Source of the DNA: Octopus sinensis
Taxonomy: Eukaryota
DNA: 64,000 bases
Direction: 5' to 3'
Assembly (NCBI RefSeq): GCF_006345805.1
Contig: NC_043007.1
Coordinates: 8,122,001-8,186,000, forward strand
Below are positions 12,634 to 26,519 of this stretch, in pieces. Each line of letters opens with the position of its first letter. The stretch's first letter is position 1. Made by a program: the position numbers and the translations under genes. Below the pieces are notes generated by a model. That model did not search any database and was not told where the DNA came from. It saw nothing but the letters and a program-made list of their open reading frames with translations.

Positions 12634-15600
12634 TTAAGATATATCATGCAACTCAAATCATTATCATCATCATCGTCATCATCATCATCATTTTAATCTC
12701 CACTTTTCCATGCTGGCATGTGTTGGATAGGATTTGTTGTGGCAGATTTTTCTGTGGTCAGATGCCCTTCCTGTTACCAATCCTCATCTATGCCCAAGCA
12801 AAGTAATATCCCCTCCCAACCCCATGACAAGGACATGTCTTCGCAAAAGACTGGAAATGAGAGACTTAGCCTCTATGAATGTGACTCTTGTTTAGAGCCA
12901 TCTCATGATGCCAAGACAAGGGGACATGAATACACACAACATGCTTCTGTCTATGAAATCACTCACAAGACTTTAGTCTGCCTGAGACTATGAAAGAAGC
13001 CAAGGTGCCATGCAGTGGGACTGAACCTGAAACCATATGGTTGGGAAGCAAGCTTCTTAACCACTCAGCCATTTCTACAGATTCCAAGAGCACCAAAATT
13101 AAATGAGAGAATCCAATCATTTTCACATAATCGCCATTGGTTATATTTCCAAAATCCTTCTTAAAACAGGGAAATTTAATGTATGTATATTTTTAAGGAC
13201 ACAGGCACAGCTGTGTGGTTAAGGAGCTGGCTTTGCAAACCATATGGTTTCAAGTTCAGTCCCACTGCACAGCACCTTGGGCAAGTGTCTTCTACTATAG
13301 CTCCAGGCTGACCAATGCCTAGTAAGTGAATCTAGCAGATGGAAACTGTGTAGAAGCCTATCATTTGTATGTATATTTATGTGTGCCTTCATGTTGGTTT
13401 GTTTACTCCCTCATAACTTGGTGGTTCAACAAAACAGCCATAAACATACCATCCTTTTATTATTGGTTTCTTTTCTTTTCTTTTTTTTTTCTTTTTTTTC
13501 TAAACCTTATTGAATATGTCTATCCACTTTTTAAAGATATCACCAAGTATTCAGTACAATATTTGGCTGCTATTTCTACCAAGCAACCATGTTGAGATTC
13601 CCTCATTTAAATGTCTTGAGATGTCTGTTACATAATGCACAATGTATGCATGCATTAAATATTTTGTTAAAAGTTACCTATTTTGTAAAAACAAGTTTTC
13701 TCAGTGGCCTTTTATGACACGTTCCTTCAGGCAATCTGTGAAACAGTTAATCTTTGCATTTTTGTAAAAAACCCCAGCTTAAAACTGCTAAGCCTGCTAA
13801 AGTATACCCACCCACCGACCCCACTTTTTACTATAAGTTTATGTGTACATACAGCCCCTCCACTTAATAGTAGAGAGGCTGTCAGTAGGTGCAAGCATGG
13901 TTGTAGGGGTAGGTGTAGACTTGATTGTCAAGAATAATCCTCTCAGACCTGGGCCTACATGTCTAACTTTCCCCTTCGTCAAGGCTCCTGAGCAGAAAAT
14001 AGTTACAAACACAGCTCAAGAGTAATGGTTGCAGGCAAACTAATGACCAGAATCACAAAAAATTTAGGAGAATAATGACAATAGGCCTATCTTTTAATTG
14101 TCATAGATGTTCATAGCAGGTAAACTAATCGACAGAATCCGCCCCCCCCCCCCCAAAAAAAATCAAGAGAATAACAATGATAGGCCAGTCTCTCAACTAC
14201 TGTATTTGTTCACTCAAATCACTGCTTTCCTCATCATTTCCATCAGTAATTTCTGCAACTGTAAAAAGTCTACGCTTGGCTTGTTTACCAGATGACGTGC
14301 TGGGTTCATCACACACTTGTGTCATTGCAAAAATCCATTTTTTTACCTTATTAAAAACAAAAATGAGCAACAGGTATGGAACCTACCATAAGCAATGAGT
14401 CATAATGTCACCTTACCACAAAGCTGCTGCTGTAATGTGATCAGTTGTCTAAGTTTAGTATTTTATCTTGGTTTCCCTATGTGTGTGTTGTGCGTTACTG
14501 CTTTAATGGGAATCCGGTAGAGATTATATTTAGGATATTCCTGCTATACCAGGAACACAGCATGATAGGGTTAAGATGCTCACTTGGCAAACATGCAGCT
14601 CCCGGTTCACTCCCACTGTGTGGTACCTTAAGCAAGTATCTTCTACTTTAGCCCCAGGCCTTCTGAGTGGATTTGGTGGGTAGAAACTGAAAGAATCCTG
14701 TGATATGTGTGTGTGTTTTGTGTGTGTACTTCCCTTTCTTGACATCACTGGACACTTGTGAATGAATGGTCATCATAAGCAGTGTCATTCATTTCAAATC
14801 TTCTATGAAAATATGTCTGACCGTGGGGAAACCCTACCTGCTTGGCAACCAGTGGGTGTTGGGGACAAGAAGAATATCTGGCTGTAAAAGACACGTCTCA
14901 ACTAATCCTGCCTGATTCATGCAAACGTGTAAAAGTGGATGTTACAATGATAACAACAACAAAGATGATGGTGGTAGTGGCGGTGAGGGTGGTGGTGGTA
15001 GCAGTGTTGGTGGTGATGGTGATGGTAGTGGTGGCAGTGATGATCGGATGCTTACTAACTTCTCCAAATGAATTTGTTTTGCTCGGATGAATTTACTTTG
15101 GTTTGTGTGTTTGTATATTCATAAAAGAGGAAAACAAGTCAGGTTGATAGATAATTTGTGACAGTGGTGAATGAGCACATGTATCTGGGAGAGCGGAACC
15201 TTTGAGGATATCACCGCCTCCACCCCACACTCTCCTATACTTGAGTGACACTTCTTTTATTGACCTTAGAAGGATGAAAAGCAAAGTTAATCACAATGGA
15301 ATCCAAGCTGGGGTTGTAAGTCAACACTACAAATTACGTTGTTCAGTGCCTGACTGATCCTACCATCCAGCAGTCTCAGTCATTAATCATCATCATTATC
15401 ATTATTTTAACGTCCATTTTCCATGCCTGCATGGGTTAGGTGAGAATACCTTGGAGTAGAGTTTTCTATGGCCTGATGCTCTTCCTGACCCAGTTCTCAC
15501 CTGTTTCCATTCAAGGTGATAATCTCTCAGTCTATTAAGCAATATATAGCCTGGGCATGGTTATGTAGAGACCTGGAAACAAACAACATTAACTGTAAGC

Positions 15601-18494
15601 AAAGGGGCTTACCACCCTTACAAAGATTGGGCAACAGGTTAAGTAACCTGGACTGGTTTTCATGGTGGATTACAAGCAAACTACTGGGTTTGTACAGAAG
15701 AGTGATACTCTTCTATACGAAAAACTGAACACATGTGAAGACGAAGGCATGTTATATGCAGGCATTGCAGTAGGTCTGACATGGCTGTGGGGTTAAGAAT
15801 CTTGTATCGCAATCTTGTGGGTTCAGATTCAGCCCCACTGCATGGCACCTTGGCTGAATGTCTTCTACTGTGGCTTTGGGTTGACCAAAGCTTTGTGAGT
15901 AGATTTGGTAGATGGAAACTGAAAGAAGCCCATCTTGTGTGTGTGTGTATGTATATACCTTCGTCTTGAAATCATGTGATGGTTGTAAATAAGCAGCACT
16001 ATTTTCTGTCAATAACATGTCTGGTTGTGGAAAATCTCCCCAAATGAATTCATCCAACCCATGCAAACATGGAAAAGTGGACGTGAAAATGATGATGATT
16101 ACTTACACAAACTCAGAAGCCCATACACATGCATACGTGCATGCACACGCACACACACACACACACGTAAGCCTTGGTGGTTTTATGCCAGGTAATAAGA
16201 AGTTCATGCTTTAAGTTCTTATTACCTAACCTAAAGTCGCCCCTTTCTGTACTGCAGCCGCATTCAGTCAAAGAAGACCCTAGTCTTTTGTGCTACATGG
16301 CAACCTCACTAGTGCTGGTGCTATGAGCAAAGCAACCAGTGCACTCCCTAATGTTGTTGGCGTTAATAAGGATGTCCACAGCCATAGAAGCCATGTCAGA
16401 GCAGAGATTGAAGCATGGTGCTGTCTTCCAACTCCATCAGATCTTATCTGCCCAATCCACATCAGCATGGAAGACGGGTGTAGAAAGGATGATGATGTAT
16501 AAAATGAGCAGGCTTCTTCCATTTCTGCCCAACAATTTCTTTCACAAGTTACTGGTTGACCTGTGGGTTGACCAACAGAGGATTCCAACCTACAGTTTTT
16601 ACATAATGAGACTGAACTCTTATTCACTGGGTTCAAAAGTGAAATTCTTAACCACACAACCATACCTGTGCCTCTCTATCAATAACAATATGTGCGTGTG
16701 TGTGTGTAATGTACATCATCATTGTTTAGTGTCTGCTTTCCATGCTGGCATGGGTTGGACTGTTTGACTAAAACTGATGAGCTATAAGTTTTATACCAGG
16801 TTCCAATCTGATTTGGCATGGTTTCTATGGCTGGATGCCCTTCCTAGCACCAAGGGCATAATGGGTGCAAATTATGTGGCATTGGCCACAACTACAATTC
16901 CACTTGGCTTGACAAGTTTTCTCAAGCACAGCATATCATCGAAGGTCTCAGTCTCTTGTCATAAAATTTTTGGTGTTATATCTTAGTGCTGCCGGCTCAA
17001 GTCAAATAGATTGAGTTTGGAACTACCTTAACTCTTAAAAGATAAAAAGCTGAATCATCTGAAGTGAGATTTTAACTTGAATTAATAAATTACTATATCT
17101 AACATTAATTATTTAGTCAAAATGGTGTAATAAAGAATAGTAGTAATTTTTAACTTTGGCTTTGTGTCCTAAATCTTGGGAGAGGAAACAATTGAATTAA
17201 TCCCAACACTTGCATGATATTTATGTGATCAACCCTGGAAGGAATTGAACTTGAGATATTATGAAACCTAGACCAAGGCAACATCATCTTATCCTGCCAT
17301 TAATTATCCTATGACTTTGTGTCTTGATTGGGTTTTTTTACTGTGGAACTTGTTATTTGTGAACAAGTTAATAGCACTAAAATACAAAAATATACCAAGT
17401 TTTATTAACTTGAAAAACTAGATGAGCATCAAATATTTTAAGAGGATTTATGAATGTGATTACCTGCCTAATCTCTCACCTTACCAGAAATGACAACCAA
17501 ATTTCCCTCAAATCTAAAAAAAAATAAGGGAGAAAGTTCACTTTACTCTTTTACTTGTTTCAGTCATTTGACTGCAGCCTTGCTGGAGCACCGCCTTTAG
17601 TCGAGCAAATTGACCCCAGGACTTATTCTTTGTAAGCCTAGTACTTACTCTAACGGTTTCTTTTGCTGAACCGCTAAGTTACGGGGACGTAAAAACACTA
17701 GCATTGGTTGTCAAGCAATGTTTGGGGGACAAACACAGACACACAAACATATACACACACATGCATATACATATATATACATATATACAATGGGCTTCTT
17801 TCAGTTTCCATCTACCAAATCCACTCACAAAGCTTTGGTTGGCCCGAGGCTATAGTAGAAGACACTTGCCCGAGATGCCATGCAGTGGGACTGAACCTGG
17901 AACCATGTGGTCGGTAAGCAAGCTACTTACCACACAGCCACTCCTGCACCCATTGTAGCTGAGTGAATCACTCATTAAATAAAATGAAAGGCTGAAGTGA
18001 CCGTTGCTTGGATTGAATGGATCTGGACCCAACACTGTGTTTGAATGGAAGATAGAAGTGCTTATGGCTAAAATGCCTTTCCTTGTCGTTCAGCTCAAAC
18101 AGAACTCTGCTTCAGCCAAACCTCACCATATTTAGCCATGTTGAACTTCATGAATTGTTAGCTATAGCCAACTCTTTCTTATTCTGTAAAATGTGGTTGA
18201 GATGATTACTGTGGTACCTTTCGTGGGTCAATTATGTTGACCCCACCCCCACCCCGCCCATCAAGTACTGGGGTTGATGTAGTTGATTTAATCCTTCCCT
18301 TCAAAATTACTGGCCTTGTGCCTATAGTAGAAAGGATCATTATTATTATTATTATTATTATTATTGTTATTGTTATTAAGGTGGCCAGCTGACGAAATCA
18401 CTAGCATGCTGGGTGAAATGCTTAGTGGCACTTCACCTGTCTTTACGTTCTGAGTCCAAATTCTGCTATGTTGGACTTTTTGAGTTTATGAAAT

Positions 18495-18880
18495 TTGGAA
18501 GCACTCCGTCGGTTACGACGACGAGGGTTCCGGTTGATCCAAATCAACGGAACAGCCTGCTCGTGAAATTAACGTGTAAGTGGCTGAGCACTCCACAGAC
18601 ACGTGTACCCTTAACGTAGTTCTCGGGGATATTCAGCGTGACACAGAGAGTGACAAGGCCGGCCCTTTGAAATACAGGTACAACAGAAACAGGAAGTAAG
18701 AGTGAGATAAAGTTGTGGTGAAAGAGTACAGCAGGGATCACCACCATCCCCTGCCGGAGCCTCGTGGAGCTTTAGGTGTTTTCGCTCAATAAACACTCAC
18801 AACGCCCGGTCTGGGAATTGAAACCGCGATCCTATGACCGCGAGTCCGCTGCCCTAACCACTGGGCCATTGCACCTCCAC
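18495..18880 (-). mobile_element. tRNA-derived SINE family D, young copy with 12-bp TSD, nested in a family A SINE
   Basis: Head gtggaggtgcaatggcccagtggttagggcagcggactcgcggtcataggatcgcggtttcaattccc; TSD agtttatgaaat at 18483-18494 and 18881-18892. Confidence 0.88.
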
Positions 18881-21800
18881 AGTTTATGAAATAAGCCCCA
18901 TTTGAACACTGGGTTCGATGTAATCAACAAGCCCCCCCCCATTCCCAAATTTCAGGCCTTCTGCCTTCACTAGAAAGGATTCTTCTTTTTCTTCTTCTTA
19001 TTATTATTATTATAATGGTGGCAAGCTGGCAGAAGCATTAGCACACCGGGTGAAATGCTTAGTGGTATTTCATCTGTCTTTACGTTCTGAGTTCAAATTC
19101 CACCATGGTTGACTTTGCCTTTCATCCTTTCGGGGTCAATAAATTAAGCACCTGTTGAGTACTGGGGTCGATTTAATTGACTGGCCCTTCTTCCACCAAA
19201 ATTTTGAGCCTTGTGCCTAGAGTAGAAAGTATTATTATTATTATTGGGGCAGTGAGCTGGCAGAACTGTTAACATGTGTGACAAAATGCTTTGTGGCATT
19301 TTTTCTGGCCCTTTACTGAGCTCAAATCCTGCTGAAGGCAGGCACTAAAATCCTGCTGAAGCTCAAATCCTACTGAAGGCAGCTTTGCCTTTCCTCTTTT
19401 CAGAGTCAATAAAATAGAGTACCAGTCACGTACTGGAGCTGGTATTATTGGTTGTCTCCCTCTCCCTAAAATTGCTGGCATTGTGCCAAAACATGAAATT
19501 ATTATTCATCTATTTTTTTTTCTCTCTGTGCAAATATGACCTCACCTCCACAGGTTCATTCCACATACAATCATCCCTGGTACGAGAAATCTGCCCTCAT
19601 TCGCCCACCTCTGTTTGGAACTAGACATGATTCTTCTCCATCAGGAAATACATGTAACATCTATTTACATATATACGATATGTACCATTTACGATATGTA
19701 ACATTTGTGTTTTTTTTGTTAATTTGCAATAATAATTGGCAGGTGATGCCAGTATCACTACTGAGATCAACTGGTTAATAATAAAAACACCGCAAGCTGT
19801 GACTAAGAGATGTAATGATAATCTAAAAATCTGAAGAAGGATAGAAACATTACAAGCATTTGTCAGTTTTTATCAACTCAATCGTGTTCAGGAATTCTTG
19901 TTTGTGGCTTTTATTGCTTCTCAATCAGATATGCCATCACATTGGATACATTCCTTGGTGCGATTACATCAAACCTTCTTCCTAAGCTACCAATCAAAAG
20001 AGGCCAAGTTCTTGGCTATTAGTCCTCACCCTCTCTCTCCCTCTCTTTTATTCTCTCTCTCTCTCTCTCCTTTTGTTTTTCATGGTTGTGTTTGCTCTTT
20101 TCTTATTTATTTATTCTCAATTCCGATTATGAGGACTGATAGTGAAGTCTGACGTAAAGGGGATCTATAAGTATAATATTTTCGCATGCTTTCAGTTATT
20201 GGGCTCTGGCCATGCTGGGGCAACCAATTGTAAAAAGTTTTGAGTGGCTGTGTGGTAAGTAGCTTGCTTACCAACCACATGGTTCTAGCTTCAGCCCCAC
20301 TGCGCGATACCTTGGGCACGTGTCTTCTATAGCCTCAGGCCGACCAAAACTTTGTGAATGGATTTGATAGACGGAAACTGAAAGAAGCCCATTGTATATA
20401 TACATGTGTGTGTTTGCCCCCAAACATCGTATGTCAACTGATGCTGGTGTGTTTACATCCCCACAACTTAGCAAACTTAGCAGTTCGGCAAAAGAGACCG
20501 ATAGAATAAGTACTAGGCTTACAAAAAGTCCTGGGGTCATTTGCTTGACTACAGGTGGTACTCCAGCATGGCCGCAATCAAATGATCATTATGATTTTAG
20601 GGGGGTTTATTTTATTTATCTCCGTTTGTGAAAGGCAAAGTCATTTTTCTCCCCATAAAGTAATGTAACTTGATAACCCTGGTTCACACTGGTAAAACCA
20701 TACAATGACACAGATACACACATACTGACATGTATATGTCTGTGTGTGTGTGTGTGTTGATTGGTTGAATAAGCTGTCAGGTGAAACCTGAGCTTCCAGT
20801 CAACCTGAACTTTATGATAAATATAACTGTTCTCTTGTATGTATATAATATTACACTCTCAGAGTGGTTGGCATTAGGAAGGGCATCCAGCTGTAGAAAC
20901 TCTGCCAGATCGGATTGGAGCCTGATGCAGCCATCTGGTTCGCCAGTCCTCAGTCAAATCGTCCAACCCATGCTAGCATGGAAAGCGGACGTTAAACGAG
21001 GAATCGTTGATCCACTGGTGTCTGCAGTTGACATTTAACCAAGGTGCAGTGTGGTGTATTAGGACAGTCGTTATATATAATATACAATAATGTGGTCGCA
21101 GAGTAAACTTCTTCTTAATCACATCATTACGCCAGCCCATGTCTGTGTGTCTTGTTTTCTGTAAGTTTTAGATATGAGTGCATATACATACCATGTTCTT
21201 GATGGTGAGTCAATCAGAGAGCATCTAAGTGGTTTCTTGACCAGCTAGAAATAACAGTCAAAATTCCTTCAAATCACACTGTTATGTTTAAAAAAGAGGG
21301 AATAATTCTTTTCTACTCTAGGCACAAGGCTCCAAATTTTGTAGGGAGGAGGTCAGTCGATTAGATCGACCCCAGTATGCAGCTGGTACTTAACTTAACC
21401 CTGAAAGGATGAAAGGCAAAGTCAACCTTGGCAGAATTTGAACTCAGAACGTAAAAACAGAAGAATTACTGCTAAGCATTTTGCCCAGCATGCCAACTTT
21501 TCTGCCATTTCGCCGCCTTAAAAGGAGGGGATAGTTAGAACTAGAATGTTTTTGATCATAGTTTTGCTCTGTCCAGACTGACCTAAATCATAACAACAAC
21601 ATTTTTCTAATCATTTGAGATTCTTCGGATTCTAGCCTACTGGAGACCACTGCTGGTCCTACAATAAACATTTCATGTTTAAAATGATCTCCTATAAAAA
21701 AAAAATCATGTTAAATTAAGTTCTAAACACCAGATTAATTAGGACAAACTTACTTTACTAAATTCATCATTATTTTCAACAGAAATATGGTTACAAAATG

Positions 21801-22028
21801 GATTAAAACTAAGTAGGTTATGATTATCGAAACCAGATTTAAAATATCCGCTCTTAAGTGGATAAGATGTATGTAGTTTTAGGTAGTTATGTGAGAGTTG
21901 TAAAGGAAACACCAAGTTTATCTTAAAAGTCCATAAATATTTTCAAACGTTCAATTAGTCTTTGTTTCATATTTCGTTTTTGGATTTGGTTTGCAAAATT
22001 CTTTATGTGAGTTCGTGTGTTGAAGCAT

Positions 22029-22237
22029 ATTCTGTTGTGTCTGGGGAGAGTCGTTCTCTTTTAGTGCTTTATAATTTAACACACTCACCGGTAAAATTTC
22101 CACTCAATTCCTTTATTTTTTTTGCAAGACACAATGAAAATTTTAGAAAAAGAAGGAAATGAGTGGAAATTTTACCATTGAGTGTGTTAAATTATAAGGC
22201 ACTAAAACAGAATGACCCTCCCCAGACACAACAGAAT
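22029..22237. repeat. Near-perfect inverted repeat, about 85-bp arms and 40-nt loop
   Basis: attctgttgtgtctgggga...ccactcaattcctt (22029-22113) vs aaggaaatgagtgg...tccccagacacaacagaat (22153-22237). Confidence 0.9.
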
Positions 22238-23060
22238 TCGTTTCACGTGTTCTGAGAAATATAAAGCTGTACTTTCCTAAACCCCAAGTTTCTCTGGTAG
22301 TTGAAAACATTGGGAATGTGTGTGATATGTGATGCTTGGATGCCTGAGAAATATGCCCTGAGTATCACCTGTGATACACAGGACAGGTAAAAATTCAACA
22401 ACAACCATTTAGTGATATGGCAATGAGTTGTAGTTAGTACAATTATAACTTTTTTGTGTATTCAACCTCAGTTTTTTACTCTTTTACTTGTTTCAGTCAT
22501 TTGACTGCAGCCATGCTGGAGCATCGCCTTTAGTTGAACAAATCAACCCCAGTACTTATTCCATGTCAGCATAGTACTTATTCTATCGGTCTCTTTTGCC
22601 GACCACTAAGTTACGGGGACGTAAACACACCAACATCAGTTGTCAAGCGATGGGGGAGACACACATATGATGGGCCTTTTTTCAGTTTCCGTCTACCAAA
22701 TCTACTCACAAGGCTTTAGTCAGCCCGAAGCTATAATAGAAGACACTTTCCCAAGGCACCATGCAGTGGGACTGAACCTAGAACCATGTAGTTGCGAAGC
22801 AAGCTTCTTACCACACAGCCACTTTTGTGCTTTGTGGTTAAAAAGGAAACAAATTTTTTTTATCATTCCATCTGTATTGCAACATAAATATAATGAAGAT
22901 CAAAGCATATTAAGATCTATTTCATCTTTAAAAATTAGGTTAATAGCTTGGTTCAATGAGTAGATTTTTTTTCTGTGGATCAAGTGATGGAATGTCCATC
23001 TTTGAAACAAATGGAAATCCATTGACTTCATTCTTTGAATCTGTATAAACCATTCTCATT

Positions 23061-23480
23061 CTAGAATATTACTATTTTAAAATCTCATGTGAGATATTCA
23101 GCAACAGTAAAGATTGTTTGCCAACATAACATGGCAGTCCTGGTTTAGGACGAATGTTGCTGTAATTTAGCCCCAGGAGACATTGCCTCCAGCTGGCTAT
23201 ACAACATGATCTGTGTCCTTATATTTTCAAACAAGAGAATCTAGCGCCCCCACTCAGCTCAAAACAATATCTGTGTATCGTGATTTCTGGATAATTTCCC
23301 TTCATCAGCACAGAATAATTGTTCGGCTAGAGGTAGCGCTGCCAAATTCCCATTCGAAATATATAGTTTTCAAAGTGACAACTAGTCACTGATCTATAAA
23401 TTAGAAAATTACTATTTTTAAATTTCACAACAAGAGATATTCAGCAACAGTACTTAGGAGTAAAGATTGTTTGCCAACAT
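23061..23480 (-). mobile_element. Hammerhead-carrying tandem-unit element (Penelope pLTR/retrozyme-like), about 1.2 units
   Basis: Unit start repeats at 23061 and 23401 (340-bp period); high identity to 42007-42460. Confidence 0.7.
23263..23323 (-). ncRNA. Type I hammerhead ribozyme motif (copy A)
   Basis: Minus strand: AACAAU-uau-UCUGUG CUGAUGA aGGgaaauuaUCCa GAAA UCacGA U A CACAGA-u-AUUGUU. Core intact, helix I 6+6 bp, helix III palindrome broken by one substitution. Confidence 0.7.
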
Positions 23481-24485
23481 AGCATGTTGCTGATGAGTTG
23501 TTAGTGCATCAGACAGGCTGCTTTGCTGTGTTTGTTCCAACTGTCTCCCCTCAGAGTTCAAATCCTGCCAAGGTCAGCTTCACTTCTCATACTTTCAGGG
23601 TTAATAAAAACAAGTACCAATCCAAGGTGGGTGGATTTGTGATTCTGTAAGAATGTTGGACTGTGAGTCTTGTTGTATATCTTCCGGTTCTTTTGTGTTC
23701 TGATTTCAAATCCTGCTGTGCTCTGCTTGGATTGTAGACTTTACCCATTGCCTGGTTGAACACCACAACCTGACACCTTGGGTTCTTTTAGCAGAGTCCA
23801 CTCTGATACTAGTATTTGAGCCAAGTTTCTAGTTTGCGGGAACCTTCCATCCTCCCTTCCTTTTGCCAGTCTTGGAGACCCTGGGATAAGTCATGGGAAC
23901 TTCCTTCCCTTCTGACATAAAGATTAAAACAATCTGGAGTTGGAAGAGATTAGATTGAAGATCAGTATTTTACCTACGAGCACGCATGCATGCACGTACA
24001 CACATGCACAGCAGTTTCACAGTAAATGGATAATAGTTATAACTTCAGTGTAGAGGTAGAATAGTTTCTCTTCAGAATAGTAATCACCCCCACCCCGTTG
24101 TATCGTAGACTAAGTAGACATGTAATCATGTCATTGTGACACCTGGTGGTGAATTAATGAAAGATATTATTACAAGGTAGTTAATTATTGATAATGATGA
24201 TGTTGTAAGATTGTTGCCGATGATGATGATGATGATGACAGTGGTGGCGGTGGTGACATTTTAATCTTCTCTATGGAAGCTAATCACCAAAGAAGATTAG
24301 GCCAGGTGAAAATGCTGTTTTGTAAGAATACATTAATTTGTAGGTACGCGTGTGCGTGCATGATTTTCGTACTCTTACTACAAAACATAGCGGAAAGTAG
24401 GAAGTGAGGTGGGGATTGGGCCCTTAATTAATTAAAAATGCATTCGATAGATTACTACTGTAATGAGTGAAAGTTTTCTGATATG

Positions 24486-24527
<42 letters not shown>

Positions 24528-26519
24528 TGTGCAGCTGTTAGTCTTTCTTTCGACTAATTACTATATATGTAATTAGTAGTGCTGCTGTCTCTTCACATTG
24601 TTCATTATGCTTTATGCCCCCCCCCCCCAATACTTGACTCTGACTTCGTTTTATTATATAATCCAGCTAGATACTACCATTTGCTTAATGCTTTAATTAC
24701 ACACTTTATTATTATTATTTTTATTAGCAGTAGTAGTAGTAGTAAGACTAGATATAGTAGTAAACTAGTAGTAGTAATAACACTGGTAGTAGGAGAATTA
24801 TTGGTGGTGGTAGTAGTAGTAGTAACACTTGTGGTAGTGGCCTTTGGGTTAGGGTGCTTGGTTCATGGTCACAATGTCATAGGTTCAATTCCTGGAGTGG
24901 GTAGCATACTGTGTCCTTGAGCAGGGTACTCCACTTTATGTTGTTTCAGTTTAATGAGTACCAGTTAAATACTGGTGAAGTTCTCCTCCTCCTTTCACTC
25001 TCACATTCTGGAGTTTTGCTGAGTCAGAAGGTGAGAGAGTTGAGAGGGTTTCTAAGTTATCACATGACCCCACAGGCCCATAAAGCAGTTAGTGTTACCA
25101 AGACACTCATCCACAGATGACTGTCACTCCTGACTCATAATAATAATAATAATGATAGTGGCAGGAGAAGCAGTCACTGTATTTTCATCTCCAAATCATC
25201 GTATTTTGCTCCTTCCTTCCTGTCTCTATCATCTCTGGATGTCTGTCTTGTTGTCATCAATTTACATTTAAACCTAGTATAGTCTCTTTATTTACGTTCT
25301 GAGTTCAAATCCTGCTGAGGATCGATTTGGCTTTCTTTCATATTTCTGGGGAGTAGAGGGGTAGGCAGTAAAGTGTATCACAAGCCAATTACTGGTAAAG
25401 GTGGTGGTGGGGTGGATGGTGGGGATTGATCTTAAATTACCATCATCTCCATCAAGCTGACAAACCTTGTACCTAGTTTAGAAATAAATAATTGTTTTAC
25501 TTCTGCTTTCCATCCTGGCATGGGTTTGATGGATCATCTTGATCCAAATCAGTTTTTATGAGCCATCCACTGCTGTCGTTGATACAGGGGTAATGAGTTG
25601 ATAAAGCAGTTGGCCAAACTGCCTTGTGGTATTTATTCCACCTTCTTGCATTCTGAATTCAAATCCCACCAAGAATAAACTTTGCTATTCATCATTCTGG
25701 TGTTAATAAATAAATTACGAATCTTAAATGGTGGATTGGGAGATTTATCAGCGTATCAGCTGGGATGCCTGGCAACATTTGTTCTTTGCTTCTTATGTTC
25801 TGAGTTCAAATCTTGCTGTGGCCTATGTGGATGGTAAGTCTAATCCATCTCCTATCTTAGCACTACTACCACCTGCTCCTTGGCATTCATTCTGTTGCAA
25901 GCAATCAAGTCAGGATTTCAGTGTGCAGATAACTTCTCTTTTTCTCACCAGCCTTAGAAACCCTGTCATGGATGGCTTTCGTCCACCCCACCCCCACCTC
26001 CCTGCTTGCAATAAGCAAAATAAGGGTAGAATCTGCATGGCTTTGGGTTCAGATTTAGTTTGACAAATGTCTTGTGCTGTAAACCCAGGTTGACCAATTC
26101 CTTGTGAGTGGAATTGTTAGCTGGAAACTATATTTATTTCTTTATTGCCCACAGGGGGCTAAACATAGAGGGGACAAACAAGGACAGACAAAAGGATTAA
26201 GTCGATTACATCGACTCCAATACTTAATTTATTAACCCTAAAAGGATGAAAGGCAAAGTCGACCTTGGCAGAATTTGAACTCAGAATGTAATGGCAGACA
26301 AAATACCGCTAAGCATTTTGCCTGGCGTGCTAACGATTATGGAAATTATATTGAAGCCAATCGTGCACATGCATGTGTGTGCTTGTGTGTATGTGTATAT
26401 ATATATATATGTGTGTGTGTATGTATATATTGTGTGTGTGTGTGTGTGTGTGATGTTTTCACATGAAATCACTTGAGCAAAAACTGTGACTTTCTGTTGA
26501 CAATTCCCAATCAGCAAAT

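Noticed and set aside
18800-18880. tRNA gene
   Set aside because: tRNA-like SINE head continuing into a SINE body with a TSD; no complete acceptor stem or terminator.
19536-19653. Alternative MPP5 coding exon (MTSPPQVHSTYNHPWYEKSALIRPPLFG...)
   Set aside because: No phase-1 acceptor upstream, weak donor (T|gtaaca), directly abuts a SINE, and the opposite strand is equally open; not supportable without RNA-seq.
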